This document shows, one piece after another, positions 12,801 through 25,491 of a DNA stretch of 64,000 nucleotides (positions are counted from its first letter, which is position 1; each line of letters starts with the position of its first letter). The position numbers were made by a program, and so were the translations under genes. This stretch comes from Sphyrna mokarran. Lineage: Eukaryota. The stretch is from contig JAGIQG010000009.1 in assembly GCA_024679065.1 (NCBI GenBank), positions 68,076,001 to 68,140,000 of the forward strand. The letters are read 5' to 3'. Under the pieces are notes generated by a model. That model was not told where the DNA came from and searched no databases. It saw only the letters and a list, made by a program, of their open reading frames with translations.

Positions 12801-13817
12801 CAGAGAGACATAGAAGCTATCGCCCTCATCCAGAGCTCTGTGATAAGAGTCTGCAGAGACAACAGCTACTTTGTCTGCCATTTTGAAGTGACTCCTTGTC
12901 TTTGCACTCACAGTGAAGGGTGAGTGACACTGGTTGCCATCTCCTCCCACACAGGTGTGGATCTCCTGAGGCTTGAACATAGCCCAATAATGTGTTAGTG
13001 TGCTCCTGAGGCTACCTCTCCTTGAGAATCACCTCTTTCTCAATGGCTGAGACTGTGTGCTTGAAGCTCATGGTTGCCACAGCACCTGGGACTGTGTTGC
13101 GTCACTGAGCTACTGGTGCTCCACAGATATTCCTCCATGCAGACGCCATGGCACAAAAATCCTTAAGGATCCTCTGCCAGATTTCCCTGTGAATCCAGTG
13201 GATGTCATTTGCGGTCTTATGGACAACTCCAGAGGCTCATTGTCTTCCTTGGGTTCAGCAAAGCCCTTGTCACTAGCAGTGCTCTAAATATTGGCGCCTC
13301 GGGAACCCCTGGCCTTCATCATCTGCCCTAATGTGCATGATGTTTCCGATTGCTGTGGCCTAATAACTCATCCAACACAGTCATAGCAACTGGCATGCCA
13401 ATATCTGTTCGGTGCTGAGAAATTGGGTGCTATGCATGAATCCCTCGATATTTTGGGTGTGAAGGTAGGGTTATCAGCCTCTTGGCTGGGTCTGGTGGAT
13501 GCTTATCTGAGGAATGAAAATAACAGGCTAGATACATGATTCACATTGAACATTAAGTTCACAGCACATGCTGGCTATCAGGGTTGGCCTAAGTTGCATT
13601 GAGGTGTCTCAGTGAGCAGCACATAAGTGAGATCATTCTGATAGATGAAATACTCATTCATTGCTTTCAGCCTCATTTTTTCATACTCCAGCCCACTGGG
13701 CTCTGAAATTCTTCAGAGACATCAGTCTCTCTGTGACCCAATGATCTGCCTCCTCGCTTTCCCTTGACCTCCAGTCACCCCACTCCCTGCCATTCATGCC
13801 TGGTGTGGATCACCATG
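9813..13817 (+). mobile_element. Decayed PIF/Harbinger DNA transposon (transposase remnants on +, interrupted by later insertions)
   Basis: TIR-like start GGGGTAGAATTTTAC at 9813. Remnant peptides VIDCIHVAIK (~11466), GWLIGNKYY (~11665) and TRVMVERILGMLKIRFRYHDQYGGTLQY match HARBI1-like DDE motifs. The region 12720-13817 is inferred to be the second (Myb/SANT) gene remnant; right boundary uncertain. Confidence 0.75.
12509..12719. mobile_element. Penelope-like pLTR fold-back with minimal hammerhead core
   Basis: Arms 12547-12629 and 12637-12719 are inverted. The minus strand reads CTGACGA-AGGCTACAAAAGCC-GAAAGCTT, then AATAAA and the ...CCCCAGTCCAACGCTGGCATCTCTACATCA tail. Confidence 0.8.
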
Positions 13818-15160
13818 TTGAGACTAGAAGATTAACAATCAGTATAGAGTAGTCACAAAGTGCCTGGCATATATTTTATAAAAGTACTGTTTGTATAGAG
13901 ACACATATAACTACTGCTAGAGAATTTAAACATGTATTTTTGAAGATATTATATAATGTATTAAAACATACACCTTGGTTAAAAACACAGTGCTGTAAGA
14001 CATGATGGGATGTAGCAAGTAAAAAGAACCACATCCTTCAGAACAATACAGCAGCAGATTGCTCCTAATTGTTGTGATTTTGTTTCTCCGTAAGTAATGC
14101 AGAGTACTGAAGCCTTCACCTTCAATGCTATACGATGCTCTCCTCAACTCAAAATACCATCTATAGGGTTGAGAGCATTACCACCATTTTAGACGGCTTA
14201 ATCTTTGATAGACCAAAGGCTGCTGATTCATCTCTCCAGCCTTGAGACACACTGGCACATGTGTGTTCTGAGACTTCCTGAAACCTATACACTTGTTCAC
14301 AACCATGGATAAGCATTCTTCTCAGTGCCCTATTCTGCACAATGCCCACTCAATACTCATCCGTGCCAATTGCAAATCCTTTTCCAGTACTGAATCCAGG
14401 TTCTCCAAATAAGATCACAGTCGCTGACCTCTGCTGCTACCTTGGTCCACCTTCTTGGTGAGGTAGGGTGGCCTTCTCCTTCTATCCCTTCATGTCTGGA
14501 TGTCCCATCACCTCCCCCCCACCAACTCCTTCCTCCCCAACATTAGCCCCTCGCTCATCCTGCTCACAAGGGAGCGATTTTGGGGCGGTTCCAAATCACT
14601 CTAAAATTATATTACTCTCAGTATTACAATTATACAATTTTCAAAAGCCATTTGCCCGTCCTCTGCTTACCCCAGCCAGATATGAGCCAATCATTATTAG
14701 TATGGATTCTTTATCTTGACCAACAAATATACTCCCTGACAGAATGAGACTACATGTGTTCGTGGAGTTCAAGGGCTTTCCCACAGTTTCTTGATGCTTA
14801 CTAGACTTTCTTATCGGGTGTAATGTATGACCTATTCATTCAAATTGTCTGAGATCTCTAGGACTGTCTGGAGTCCACGCTGAAAAGATTGTTTTCTCCC
14901 TTCATGCAGTACCTGTATTATTCTGAAGAATGTGGTTCTTTTTACTTGACTACATCCCATCATGCCTTAGAGCACTGTGTTTTTAACCAAGGTGTATGTT
15001 TTAATACATTACATAATATCTCTTCAAAAATACATGTTTAAATTCTTTAACAGTGGTTATATGTGTCTCTGTACAAACAATACTTTTATAAAATACATTC
15101 CAGGCACTTTATGACTATTCAGTACTGTATTTAATTTGATTGTTAATCTTTTAGTCCCAA
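13818..15160. mobile_element. Unclassified element with ~235-250 bp inverted repeats
   Basis: 13818-14051 is the reverse complement of 14913-15160 with scattered mismatches; ~860-bp spacer with no recognisable protein. Confidence 0.7.
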
Positions 15161-15889
15161 ATTATTCTAAAATCCCTCTTACATGGGCCAATGAAAATCT
15201 GTCACTCATGGTTGCTCATTCTTCACTGGTGAGTACAAAGGCAAGGACTCATTTCAGAATAACAGACAAAGTGGCTGTTGTCTCTGCAGACTCTTCTCAC
15301 AGAGCAATCAATGCTTTTACAATGCATAAATTCCAAACTAAAAAAGGTTTTCTATATATTTTTAATTTGCAATTATATTTTATTATAAAATATCTATATA
15401 TTTTTTAATTTGCACTATTAAAATCACTATTTTAATAGTGATACATAATTATATCACTAACATTAATCTTTTTCAATATTGTGAATATTCAGTGTAATCA
15501 AAAGAAGGCCCTCTGTTTTTTATTTACAAATTGATATTTCTGCACAAGCAGTTATCTGTGTTCCAAATGGCGTTTGACATGAAAATAACTTTTTCCAAAA
15601 ATATGATCAGCAGATGCTTGTTTGTAATGAATTTTTCCACTTAGAAGATTTCATATGGCATCTGGGAAATCCTGCATTTTGTCTGATACATAGAGAAGAT
15701 CTCTAAAGTTCTCAACAAATTGCAATAGAGTATTTTGTAACAAGATATAGTTACCTAAGGTTTGAAACTTACAAACAGGTATATATTTACATTCCTATAA
15801 ATGACTCTCAGTAGTTTTGTAAATTAACTATAGATCATGCTAAAAACAAGTCAATTCTTATCCCTCCCTCTCTGAATCATGATAGCATT

Positions 15890-16690
15890 TTCTTTGTTCT
15901 CACTTTTCATCTCACTGGCCTTCACATTCAAATGATCCTCAGCTGACTCTAGCACGATGCTACCATGAAACACACCTTCCCTTTTCCATTCCTGTCAGCA
16001 TTCAACAGGGTCCACTCTCCATCACGCCCAACTCCCCATCCTCTCCCAAGACACCTTCCCTTGCAAGTGTAGAAGATGCAACACCTGCCATTTTACCTCC
16101 TCATCATTCAAGGCCCTAAATACGCCTTTCAGGTTAAGCAGCATTTCCTTTAATTTAGTCTATTGTATTCATTGCTCCCAATATGGTCCCCTCTATACTG
16201 GGGAGACTAAACACAGATTGGGTGCTCACTTTGTGGAATGTCTTTACTCAGTCCACAAGCATGACCACAACCTTCCTGCTGCTGGCCATTTTAACTCAGT
16301 ATCTTGCTCTCATGTCCACATGTGCTTCCTTGGCTTGCTGCAATGTGCCAGTGAAGCTTAGCGCAAGCTGGAAGAGCAGCATCTCATCTTCCAGTTGGGC
16401 AGTTTGCAATCCTTAGGACTTAACATTGAGTTCAGCAGCTTTAGACTGTGATCTCTCTTCTCCAACTTAAACTCTCTTTCTTTATTTTAAATATTTCATA
16501 CATGCATTGCTCAATGCAAAACATCCCCTCCCCCTCTCACATCAAACTATTTCTTACGTATTGTTGCAGTTTCTACATTCTCCCTCTTTTCAGTTCTGAT
16601 TACTCAAAATGTTGAGAGAATCTGATGGGCCTGTTAAGCTTCTCTAGCGCCGGTTCTTGTTCCAAATTCCAGCATCTGCAATATTTTGCT
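15890..16690 (+). mobile_element. Penelope-like element 3' fragment (GIY-YIG endonuclease)
   Basis: Manual translation gives FPCKCRRCNTC (~16056) and NLVYCIHCSQYGPLYTGETKHRLG (16152 onward); 3' end TTCCAGCATCTGCAATATTTTGC. Confidence 0.85.
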
Positions 16691-16792
16691 TATTCACAAG
16701 AAATGTAGTTCACTTTGTTTACGGACAATTTCATTGTTCTCCCATAGTTGCTTGCAGCCTGCAAATGATGCAAAATGTTTTAAAACGACATT

Positions 16793-16892
16793 CACCTGAC
16801 AAAGGCTACAAAGGCCGAATGCTAGCAAGTTTACTATCAAATAAATCGGTTGGATTTAAAATTGGTGTTGTCAGACCTCTTACTGAGTTTAA
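16793..16892 (+). mobile_element. Penelope-like pLTR fragment, same family as 12509-12719, hammerhead core mutated
   Basis: CACCTGACAAAGGCTACAAAGGCCGAATGCTAGCAAGTTTACTATCAAATAAATC...GTTGTCAGACCTCTTAC is nearly identical to the arms at 12547-12719. Confidence 0.8.
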
Positions 16893-16899
16893 TTCACTA

Positions 16900-17740
16900 A
16901 CCAGCCTGACATGTACATACCTCTGACTCTGCACGTGCTCAGTGGCAACTGCAGGGGTCTGACAGAGAGAGAGAGCTGTTAGGCCCAAGCAACAGCCCAT
17001 CTTCCCCCAACCCCTGCAATTTTGGGTGCCCATGGCAGATTGTGAGCCGCACAATGCAGGAGCATCTAGCCCCTGCTGCCCCTTCCTTCCTGCCACCCAG
17101 ATTGATTGGCTCCTCCTCCCCCGATCCAATCACAATAGCAGAGTGGCTGTGGGCCTCACTGTCCCCAAGTTGCAGAGTGTTCAGCGGGCCCCTCTTCCAT
17201 CCCCTCCAATCGGGCCCAATCTTCATGCTGACACCCATAGGCCCTCCCCTTAGGCCCCACTCCCAAAGCCCTACTCCATAGGCCCTGACCCAAGATCCCA
17301 CCTCCATAGGCCCCAACACCATCGTCCGTCCTCTGGCACTACCTGGTCAATGTTTTCACTGGGCATTGCCCAGATGCAGGGTGGCACTGCCAGGTTGCCA
17401 CCACACAGGAGGGCTCAATGATCTCCGGTTCCACGAGTGAGGCCAACAGGACTGTCCCCATCCATGGGGAGCACGTGTTTTCTTTGCTGGGAGAACCTCT
17501 GCCAACAAGGCCATAAAGTCAAATAGACCAAAACGATTGGGCTCACTAAACACGTGCTAATGAACATTTAAGTAAATAAAATAAATTATTCAGCCTTTCG
17601 CCCATTTTCCGGTGAGAGGCTGACCTTGCTGGAAATGCGACTCTCATAAAATTGTGTGAGTGGAGAAATCGGGATGAGCCATAATTTTACCAGCTCACTG
17701 CACTCATCAGTGGTGGGGTGAACCAACAAAATTCTGCTGT
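16900..17740. mobile_element. GC-rich non-autonomous Harbinger-like fragment
   Basis: GC-rich patch with GGCAGTGCC-type motifs ending in CAAAATTCTGC, similar to the TIR ends of other copies in the window. Confidence 0.45.
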
Positions 17741-18145
17741 GATTTATTGTTCCCACTGCAGGGCAATTGCCAATGGAAATTTGAACTTACAATGAATTGC
17801 TATGTAATCCTTAGCTGGGGACTTGGGCAGGGGGAAGGGGTCCCACAGTGCATCTTTGGGGTATACACTGAGTATGACATCTCATAGATTGGAAGTTATG
17901 GGCATTACAATACTGTGCACAGTTCTGATCTGCCATATTATGAAAAGAATATGGAGTCACTCTAAAAAGTTCACATGAAGGTTGGCGGAACTGAGAGTTT
18001 ATAACGATTAGGAAAGACTGGGGTTCTTTGCTCTAACAAAAAGAAGCCTGACCGGTGACCTTATCAAAATCCTTGGAACTTTCATAGGCCTAGAGAAAAT
18101 ATTTCCACTAGTAAGGAAATCCCAAAATATCAGTGCCCATTCAGT

Positions 18146-18205
18146 GGCTGGGATTTCCAGGTCCATAATGATGTTTGCTGCTGGCAGGACTGGAAAATCC
18201 CACCC
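18146..18205. mobile_element. 60-bp Harbinger-type mini-MITE
   Basis: GGCTGGGATTTCCAG ... CTGGAAAATCCCACCC imperfect terminal inverted repeats. Confidence 0.6.
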
Positions 18206-18869
18206 AATGTCTTTGGTGAGAGAGTTGAATTGTTTTCAAGGGCTAGGCTTAATTTCCATTTTATCGGCAAGCTGTCTGTAATGTGTTAATGTTCATAGGC
18301 AGCTGGCTGATCTGGGATGGCAGTAAATGTGATGCTTCCTTCAAAGAACAAAAGCTGGAAAGACCCAGTGAACGAGGAGGGAGACAATAGTGGGGTGGGT
18401 GACAAGGCTGTGCCACAGGTATGTAGATATTTGTAATGCCAGAAGCAACCCTTACGGTCCTCTCAGCTCAACCAGGATTGGTGTCACATCATTTCTAACC
18501 ACATTTTTAAAAGGTCATTTGGTCTCCTATTTAAGATAACAGGCTTGGCCACTCAACATGTGGTGAAGCATTCGTGGTTCTTGGTCTGCCCCATTGGCAC
18601 CTAAAATTTGCAGTCTGTTTCTGCAGAACTCAAATTTGCATGTTATAAATTGCTCCTGCCTGAAAGAGACTGGTGTTAGACCCATTGTGGTGAAAACTTC
18701 AAGAAATTGGTGGTGTATTGATCAGGAATTGAATGATATGGTAACCAACTTACATGGTGCTACCATCCCATCCCCCCTCAATGAGGGCCATGGAATGAAT
18801 AATCAGGGAAACCATTGAAGTAAAGTTTGTACAAATAGGTATAAGAGATACAAGGATATGCCTACTATT

Positions 18870-19135
18870 GAACCATAGAATTCCTACAGTGTAGAATGAG
18901 CCAATTCAGTCCATTGAGTCTGCACCAACTCTCCAAAAGGGCATTAAGCCCAGGGCTACCCTCTTCCACTCCCTCCCACCTAACACCCCCCCCCACCCCC
19001 TCGCTCTAACCCTGTAAGCCCGCACATTTATCATGGCCAATCCATCAAATTTATGCATCTTTTAGTATGGCCAAATCATTTAATCTGTACATCTTTGGAT
19101 GGTGGGACGAAAACAGAGCATTCTGAGTTTCTGGA
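18870..19135 (-). mobile_element. V-domain SINE fragment with CR1-type tail
   Basis: CATAGAATTCCTACAGTGTAGAA tail and CATCTTTGGA-TGTGGGA..AAAC core shared with the other SINEs here. Confidence 0.7.
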
Positions 19136-20061
19136 GTAGGAAGGTAGTGGTGTAATAAGATGGTGGGAAAATGAGGCTGAAAATAATTAAGAAGGAGACA
19201 GCCTTCTTTTTGTCCCTACAATTTAAATGTGAATACAATATTAGTGTTTCTGGAAAAGGTCAGTGAAATCAAGGCCATCAAAATGACGCACTGTTATTTG
19301 ACTCATGACTGGAATTAATTTTCCATTTTAATCGGTTTTCAGAGTCCGATGTGATTGTCTAAACACACAGGCAAAAGCCTTTCAGGCTAAGTATTGCAAA
19401 TGGGAAACATGTCAAGAATAGTTCTTATCATCATAAACCATGGCTGAAATCGCGGCACTCTGTGCAAGAACCATTACACTGATCAATGTCCGAAAGGCTT
19501 TGCACTCTAGTTACCTTACAAATCTTGTCGCAACTTTTGTTGTTTATGTTAGTCATGGAGGCTTTTCAGTGAGTACAAGGGAACAGTAAATGAACTTCTG
19601 ATGTTTTACACAGAATGCTAGTATATAAAACAGACAGTTGGCAGCTAAGTTGCTTAATTTCGATAAAATGCATTTGGACAGAAGAGCAGGAAAAATATCA
19701 TTATATTGTAGTCCTTTCCGAGCTTCCTTTTGCAGTGTTTCACCACTCCAGCTGCTTAAGTTTATATAACAGTATTTTGCAGTTTCATTCTAGAAGTTTC
19801 CTTTGTTGACATATTGAAGGATATTTTTCCTTTGTTTTTCTCCATTCCTTGCCTATTTTCTGCCGTCCCCTTCTTCCATTGTAAATGTAGCTGACTTGCC
19901 TGGCTACAATTGTACCTACTTAACATAGCTAGTAAATCATCTAAATTGGTTGCTCTTCTATTGCCTGTGCCCACTTGCCGCCATCACACCATTGTCTTAT
20001 CCCCCACCCACCCCCACTCCCAACCTTGCAAAAATGGTGGATGCCAAGTTTTTTAAGTTGA

Positions 20062-20352
20062 AATTTATTTATTAGTGTCACAAGTAGGCTTACATTAACA
20101 CTGCAATGCAATTACTGTGACAATCCCCTGGTCACCACTCTTCAGCACTTGAGGGAGAATTTAACATAGTCAATGCATTTAACCAGCACATCCTTCGGAT
20201 TGTGAGACAAAACTAGAGCACTCAGAGGAGACCCACGCAGACATGGAGAGAATGTGCAAATTCCACACTTTAAGCAATACAAACCAGGAAGCGAAACCAG
20301 GTCCCTAGTGCTGTGAGAAGACAGTACTAATCGCTGTGCCACTGTGCTGCCA
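20062..20352 (-). mobile_element. tRNA-derived V-domain SINE (AATAAATAAA-type tail)
   Basis: Minus-strand head GGCAGCACAGTGGCACAGCGATTAGTACTG, V core TTTGCACATTCTCTCCATGTCTGCGTGGG, tail GTAAGCCTACTTGTGACACTAATAAATAAA. Confidence 0.85.
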
Positions 20353-22360
20353 AGCCACTTCTAGAATTGGGGGTTTGACACCATTTTATCTGAGTGCTGT
20401 CCCTCCAGCTTTGCAAAAGCTGAGGCCAATCTCACTAGATAGATTTTATTTTCTTTTTAAAGGTTGATGCCATCACAAGAGTGACAATATTGGAAGAATT
20501 ACTCAACCCAGTGGCATTGAAGAAATGAGTTGCTACATATAGTTGAAATGATGCAATACTAGAAACGTCATTTTAATGACTATAGTGTAGAACTCACAGA
20601 TACCAATCAATATGAATAGCTGAGTACTCAATTTCTGTTCCTGTGAGTTTAAGGAAGATGTTTAACCCAGTTAAAATACAATAATTCACATTTGTGTGAA
20701 AAAAACTGTAATGCGCTAATTTTTCATGTGCTAATATCACTGCAGATAATTTCTCAGTTTATAAATATGCTTGTATTAATTCTGCTACCTTATCTTGCCC
20801 ATCTTCATAACTATCAAAGCCAATTCCCCAATATACCTTTCAAAACTCAAAAATGCCTCAATGTCAATGGGAAGATGGGAAGACAGGAGTAAAGAAAACT
20901 GTTTATGGGAATTAGACATTCTGGAAAGTTAGAATAAAATTAGAATGAGCAAGAAACCAAGCTGGAAATGTTTGATGTCACAGACAAAGGAGACTTCTAT
21001 TGTAAAATTGTAATAATCAGTGTAAATCTGCTGTCCATGCAATTATAAATCTGGTTTTTCTTTAAAAGTGTGGCAAAGGAGCATGATGGGGATAAAGTGA
21101 TGGAGAGGGAATTGAAGCAGTGCATAGTAAAGCCTTTTACAGTTGTTTTGGTACTGAAAATAAATAAAGCAGGAATCAGTGAAAATATTTCAATTAACAA
21201 TTGAACAGATAGAGAGGGTGCTGATACAGGGATTGTCACCAACCTGGGAGAAGGCTTCTAGTGCAGTCCCGCAAAGATCTGTTTTGGGATTCATTTCATT
21301 TAATCACAGGATCACAGAATTCTTAGGTGTGGAAGGAAGCCATTTGGTCCATCATGTCTGTGCCAACTCTCCAAACGAGCACCGAATCTAATGCCATGCC
21401 CCTGTCTTATCCTTCCACCTCTGTACATTGTTTCTATTCAAGTTATTGCTAATGCACTCAAGTGCCTTGATTGAACCTGCCTCCGCCACATTTCCAGGCA
21501 GTGCATTCTAGATAAGAACCACTCTTTTTGTGTAAACACTTTTTCTTACATCATAGTTGTTTCTTTTGTAAATCACTTTAAATCTGTGTCCTCTTGTTCT
21601 CAATCCTATTTTGTCCAGTCCCCTCATGATTTTTAACATCTCTATCAAATTTCCTCTTATTTTTCTTGTCTTCAAGGAGAACAGTCCCAACTGACCCGTC
21701 TATCCTTATAATTGGAGTTACTCATCTATGGATCAATTCTTGTGAACTTTTCCTTCACTCTGTCCAATACATTCACATCCTTCATACAGTTTGGTGCCCA
21801 GAACTATACACAATATTCCAGTTAATGTTTAACTAGCATCTTGGAGAAGTTTAACATAATTTCCTTATGCTTGTACTCTAAGCCCCTATTAATAAAGCCT
21901 CGAATATTGTATGCTTTATTAACTGCTCTCTCCACCTGTCTTGCCTACTTCAATAATCTCTGCACATATATACACAGATTCCTTCTTCCTGCACTCCTTA
22001 AGGATTTTTATCTCTTATTTGTATTGTCTTTCCATGTTTTCCTACCAAACTGTATCATCTTACACTTCTCTGTATTGAACTTCATCTGTCAACTATCTTC
22101 CCAATCCACCAATTTGTCTATGTCCTTTTGACATTCAACTCTGTCCTCTTTATGGTTTATAATGGTCCTAAGTTTTGTGTCGTCTGCAAACTTTGAGAGT
22201 GATCCCTACGGACCAAGATCTGGATCATTAATATATCAGTAAAAACAATCGTTCCAATACTGACCCCTGTGGAACACCTCTACAACCCTTCCACTAGCCC
22301 GAAAAATGTCCATTGACTCTGCTTCCTATTAATCAGCCAATTTTGCATCCACATTGCTAT

Positions 22361-22972
22361 GGAGTCTTGGCTTTTATTGGTAGAGGGATTGAATTTCGGA
22401 GCCGCAACGTCATGTTGCAACTGTACAAAACTCTAGTGCGGCCGCACTTGGAGTATTGTGTGCAGTTCTGGTCCCCACATTATAAGAAAGATGTGGAGGC
22501 ATTGGAGAGGGTACAGAGGAGGTTTACCAGGATGTTGCCTGGTATGGAGGGCAGGTCTTATGAGGAGAGGCTGAGGGATTTGAGGTTGTTTTCGTTAGAA
22601 AGGAGGCGGCTAAGAGGGGACCTAATTGAAACATATAAGATGATTAGAGGTTTAGATAGGGTGGACAGTGATAGCCTTTTTCCTAGGATGGAGAAAGCTA
22701 GCACGAGGGACACAGCTTTAAATTAAGGGGTGATAGTTATAGGACGGATATCAGAGGTAGGTTCTTTACCCAAAGGGTGGTTCGGGAGTGGAATGCCCTG
22801 CCTGCAGCAGTTGTAGATGCGCCAAGTTTGGTGGCGTTTAAGAGGTTAGTTGATAAGTATATGGAAGAGAAGGGAATGGTTTAGTTTGGAGGGGCATTGC
22901 TTTTTATATTGGTCGGCGCAACATCGAAGGCCGAAGGGCGTGTTCCGTGCTGTAATGTTCTATGTTCTATGT
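22361..22972 (+). mobile_element. Young 5'-truncated CR1 inserted antisense into the older CR1
   Basis: Open frame GVLAFIGRGIEFRSRNVMLQLYKTLVRPHLEYCVQFWSPHYKKD...; CpGs retained; (TGTTCTA)n tail. Confidence 0.93.
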
Positions 22973-23344
22973 TGTGTGGTATTGTATCGAATGTCTTCTG
23001 AAAGTGCATGTACTCATCAGTTGCATTACCTTCATCAACTCTTTTTGTCTCATCTTCAAAAATCTTCAGCAAATTGGTTAAACATGATTTCCCCTTTAAA
23101 AAGCCATGTTGGCTCTTCCTAATCAACCCACATTTTTCCATGTGACTGCTAATTCTATTCCTAATAATTGCTTCTAGAAGTTTTCCCACACTGATGTCAA
23201 ACTGACTGGCCTGTAATTTCTGGGGCTACCCTCACAACTTTTTTTGAACACAGTCGTAATATTTGCAAATTTCCAGTCCTCTAATACCTTTTGAGAAGAC
23301 AGAAAAGTTATTGCCAACGTCTCTGCAATTTTCCTATATTTCCA

Positions 23345-23592
23345 AGATAACGCTGGAATGAGGTGACTTCTTGCAAGCTATGCCTAGCATACTTTCTAAT
23401 TCTATCTTTTACACTCGTTCTATGCTTCTAAAACTTTACTCTAACTCTTTTCTCTACATTCTAGCTATAACTACATTCTGTATTCTCACTTCTTTCTCTA
23501 TGAACAGTATGCTTTGTCTGTATAGTGCACAAGAAACAATACTTTTTACTATGTGCTAATACACATGACAATAATAAATCAAATCATATCAA
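23345..23592 (+). mobile_element. Rex1/Babar-type LINE 3' UTR fragment
   Basis: CTGTATAGTGCACAAGAAACAATACTTTT...GACAATAATAAATCAAATC terminus. Confidence 0.55.
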
Positions 23593-24584
23593 ATAATTTT
23601 CATTCCCTTCAATATTCTTGTGTGCATTTTAACCAGTTCCAGTTCCATGGCAACTTTCAATACCAATAGTCTATTCAATGCTTCTCCTCATCAATTTTGA
23701 AACCTTTTAAAGTTTTCTCATTGAAAACCATATCCTGGATAACATCTACCTCCTTGGCAAAGGCTAGTGCACAATATTCCTTTAATATGTCAGCTGCGCC
23801 CCCAGCCTCTACGTATAAATTTCTTCTAGGCCCCTAATTGGCCCCATGCTTTCCCTTTTACTGCCCTTTAGTATTTATGTGTCTATTGACATTTTCAAAA
23901 TTCCCCTTTATATTGGTTGCCAGTCTTTTCTTATAATCCCCCTAATTCTCTAAAGTGCTTTTTCAACCCCTCTCTGAACCTTCTGAATTCTTCTTGGTTC
24001 TCAGCTATATATTCTATCTGACACCTGCCATTAGCACACTTTTTCTTCCTTATCTTAATTTCCATCGCCTTTTTCATATAAGGAGCTTTAAATTTGTTTG
24101 CCTTTCTTTCCCTTTTAAGGGACTATACCTTGGTTGTGTCTGGACCATTTCTGTTTTGAAGATAGCGCATTGTTCAGCTACAGAGTTTCCTGCCAACCTC
24201 TCAATCTAGTCTAATTGGCTCAGCTCTGTTTTTGCTCTATTGAAGTGGATTTTCCCTCAGTTAATTACTTTTACTCTGGATTGCATATTTTCCTCTTCTA
24301 TTATCATCCCAATGTTTACAATATAATTATCACTGCCTGCTAAATGTTCTCCCATTGACATTTGATCTAGTTGGTCCATCTCATTTCCAAGAATCAGGTC
24401 CAACAGTGCATCCATCCTTTCTTGTTGGACTGGACACAAAAGGCTGTAGAAAAATTTCCTGAACTCAGTCCAGGAACTTTTGGCATTTTCTGCCCTTTAC
24501 CACTGTTCCAGTTTACATTTGGGTAAATAAAGACTTCCATTAAAACTACACTATAATGTTTGCATTTTTCTACAATTTATCTGC

Positions 24585-25175
24585 AGACCATTAGAAATAA
24601 TCCAGAGAAAGGAGTCACAAGTACAGTGGCTACATTTTCAGATGATACAAAGCCAACAAAAATGATAGTTTCCAAAGCTGAACAAGATAAGCTTAAGGAG
24701 GATTTGCCTATACTCAGAAATTGGGCCTGGAAGCTATCAAATTCAATGCAGAGGAATGTAAAATGCTTCTCATGGAGTCAAAAATTGTGGCAGGCTTTGT
24801 TACTTAAGTGAAAAGAAAATAATATGCATGGAAAATTAAGTGATCTGAAGATCCTGATTGACAATATGTAGAAGCTCTCACAACAATATTTGCTGATAGG
24901 GAGTAACACAGATTGGATTTTGATACATTGCAAAAGGTTTCTCTACAGAGCTAAGGTAGTGAGGTAATGCTGTCACCTTATAAATCATCGGTGTAAACTC
25001 ATTTGAACATTGCTATTTTAAGGGTTCCAAAGATGCTGGTTAATATATAACATGCTGCTTCACCTTGGCTAGAACAGCAGAATCACAGGACATAGTTACA
25101 GGAGGATTCAATACTAATCCACGCAGACAATAGTTCAGTGAATGATTGGTCAGTCTATCGATCGTACTGCCCAGT
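24585..25175 (+). mobile_element. Ancient CR1 fragment, continuing from ~21000-21300
   Basis: WEKASSAVPQRSVLG (~21246) continues after the inserted LINE as EKGVTSTVATFSDDTK (~24606), matching the collinear RT motifs SGVPQGSVLG...KFADDTK. Confidence 0.7.
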
Positions 25176-25491
25176 TAGATATATACTTCATTAGTACTTA
25201 TTTATTCAAATGTGAATTAATTTTAAAAAAGAACATTTTTGGATATGGAACATGACTAATCTGAGGTACGAATGCTATAAGTGTAGCACACTGGGAGAAA
25301 CAAAGTACTTTGAACTCATGGCTCCCAAAGCTTTCCATTGCTGATGCTTTCTTCAGATCACTGGTCCATTGTAGAAGAATTGCTAGAGATTGGTTGCCAT
25401 AATTAATCAATAATTCCATTGAAATGAAGTGACTTTCATGAAGGTTTAGATAGATCTTGTTTTATTTTCTTCATCTTACCATTCTTACATG

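Larger units (their letters stand above)
21306..24570 (-). mobile_element. Old CR1 LINE (EN to RT, heavily decayed) hosting later insertions
   Basis: ORFs give ALLDLILGNE, GKLLEAIIRNRI..SQHGFLKGKSCLTNLL and GLFSLKTRKIRGNLIE. Confidence 0.88.

Noticed and set aside
13986-14030. CACAGTG heptamer in the long inverted repeat (RSS or Transib/ProtoRAG-like)
   Set aside because: No ACAAAAACC nonamer at 12 or 23 nt spacing, and the heptamer is internal rather than terminal.
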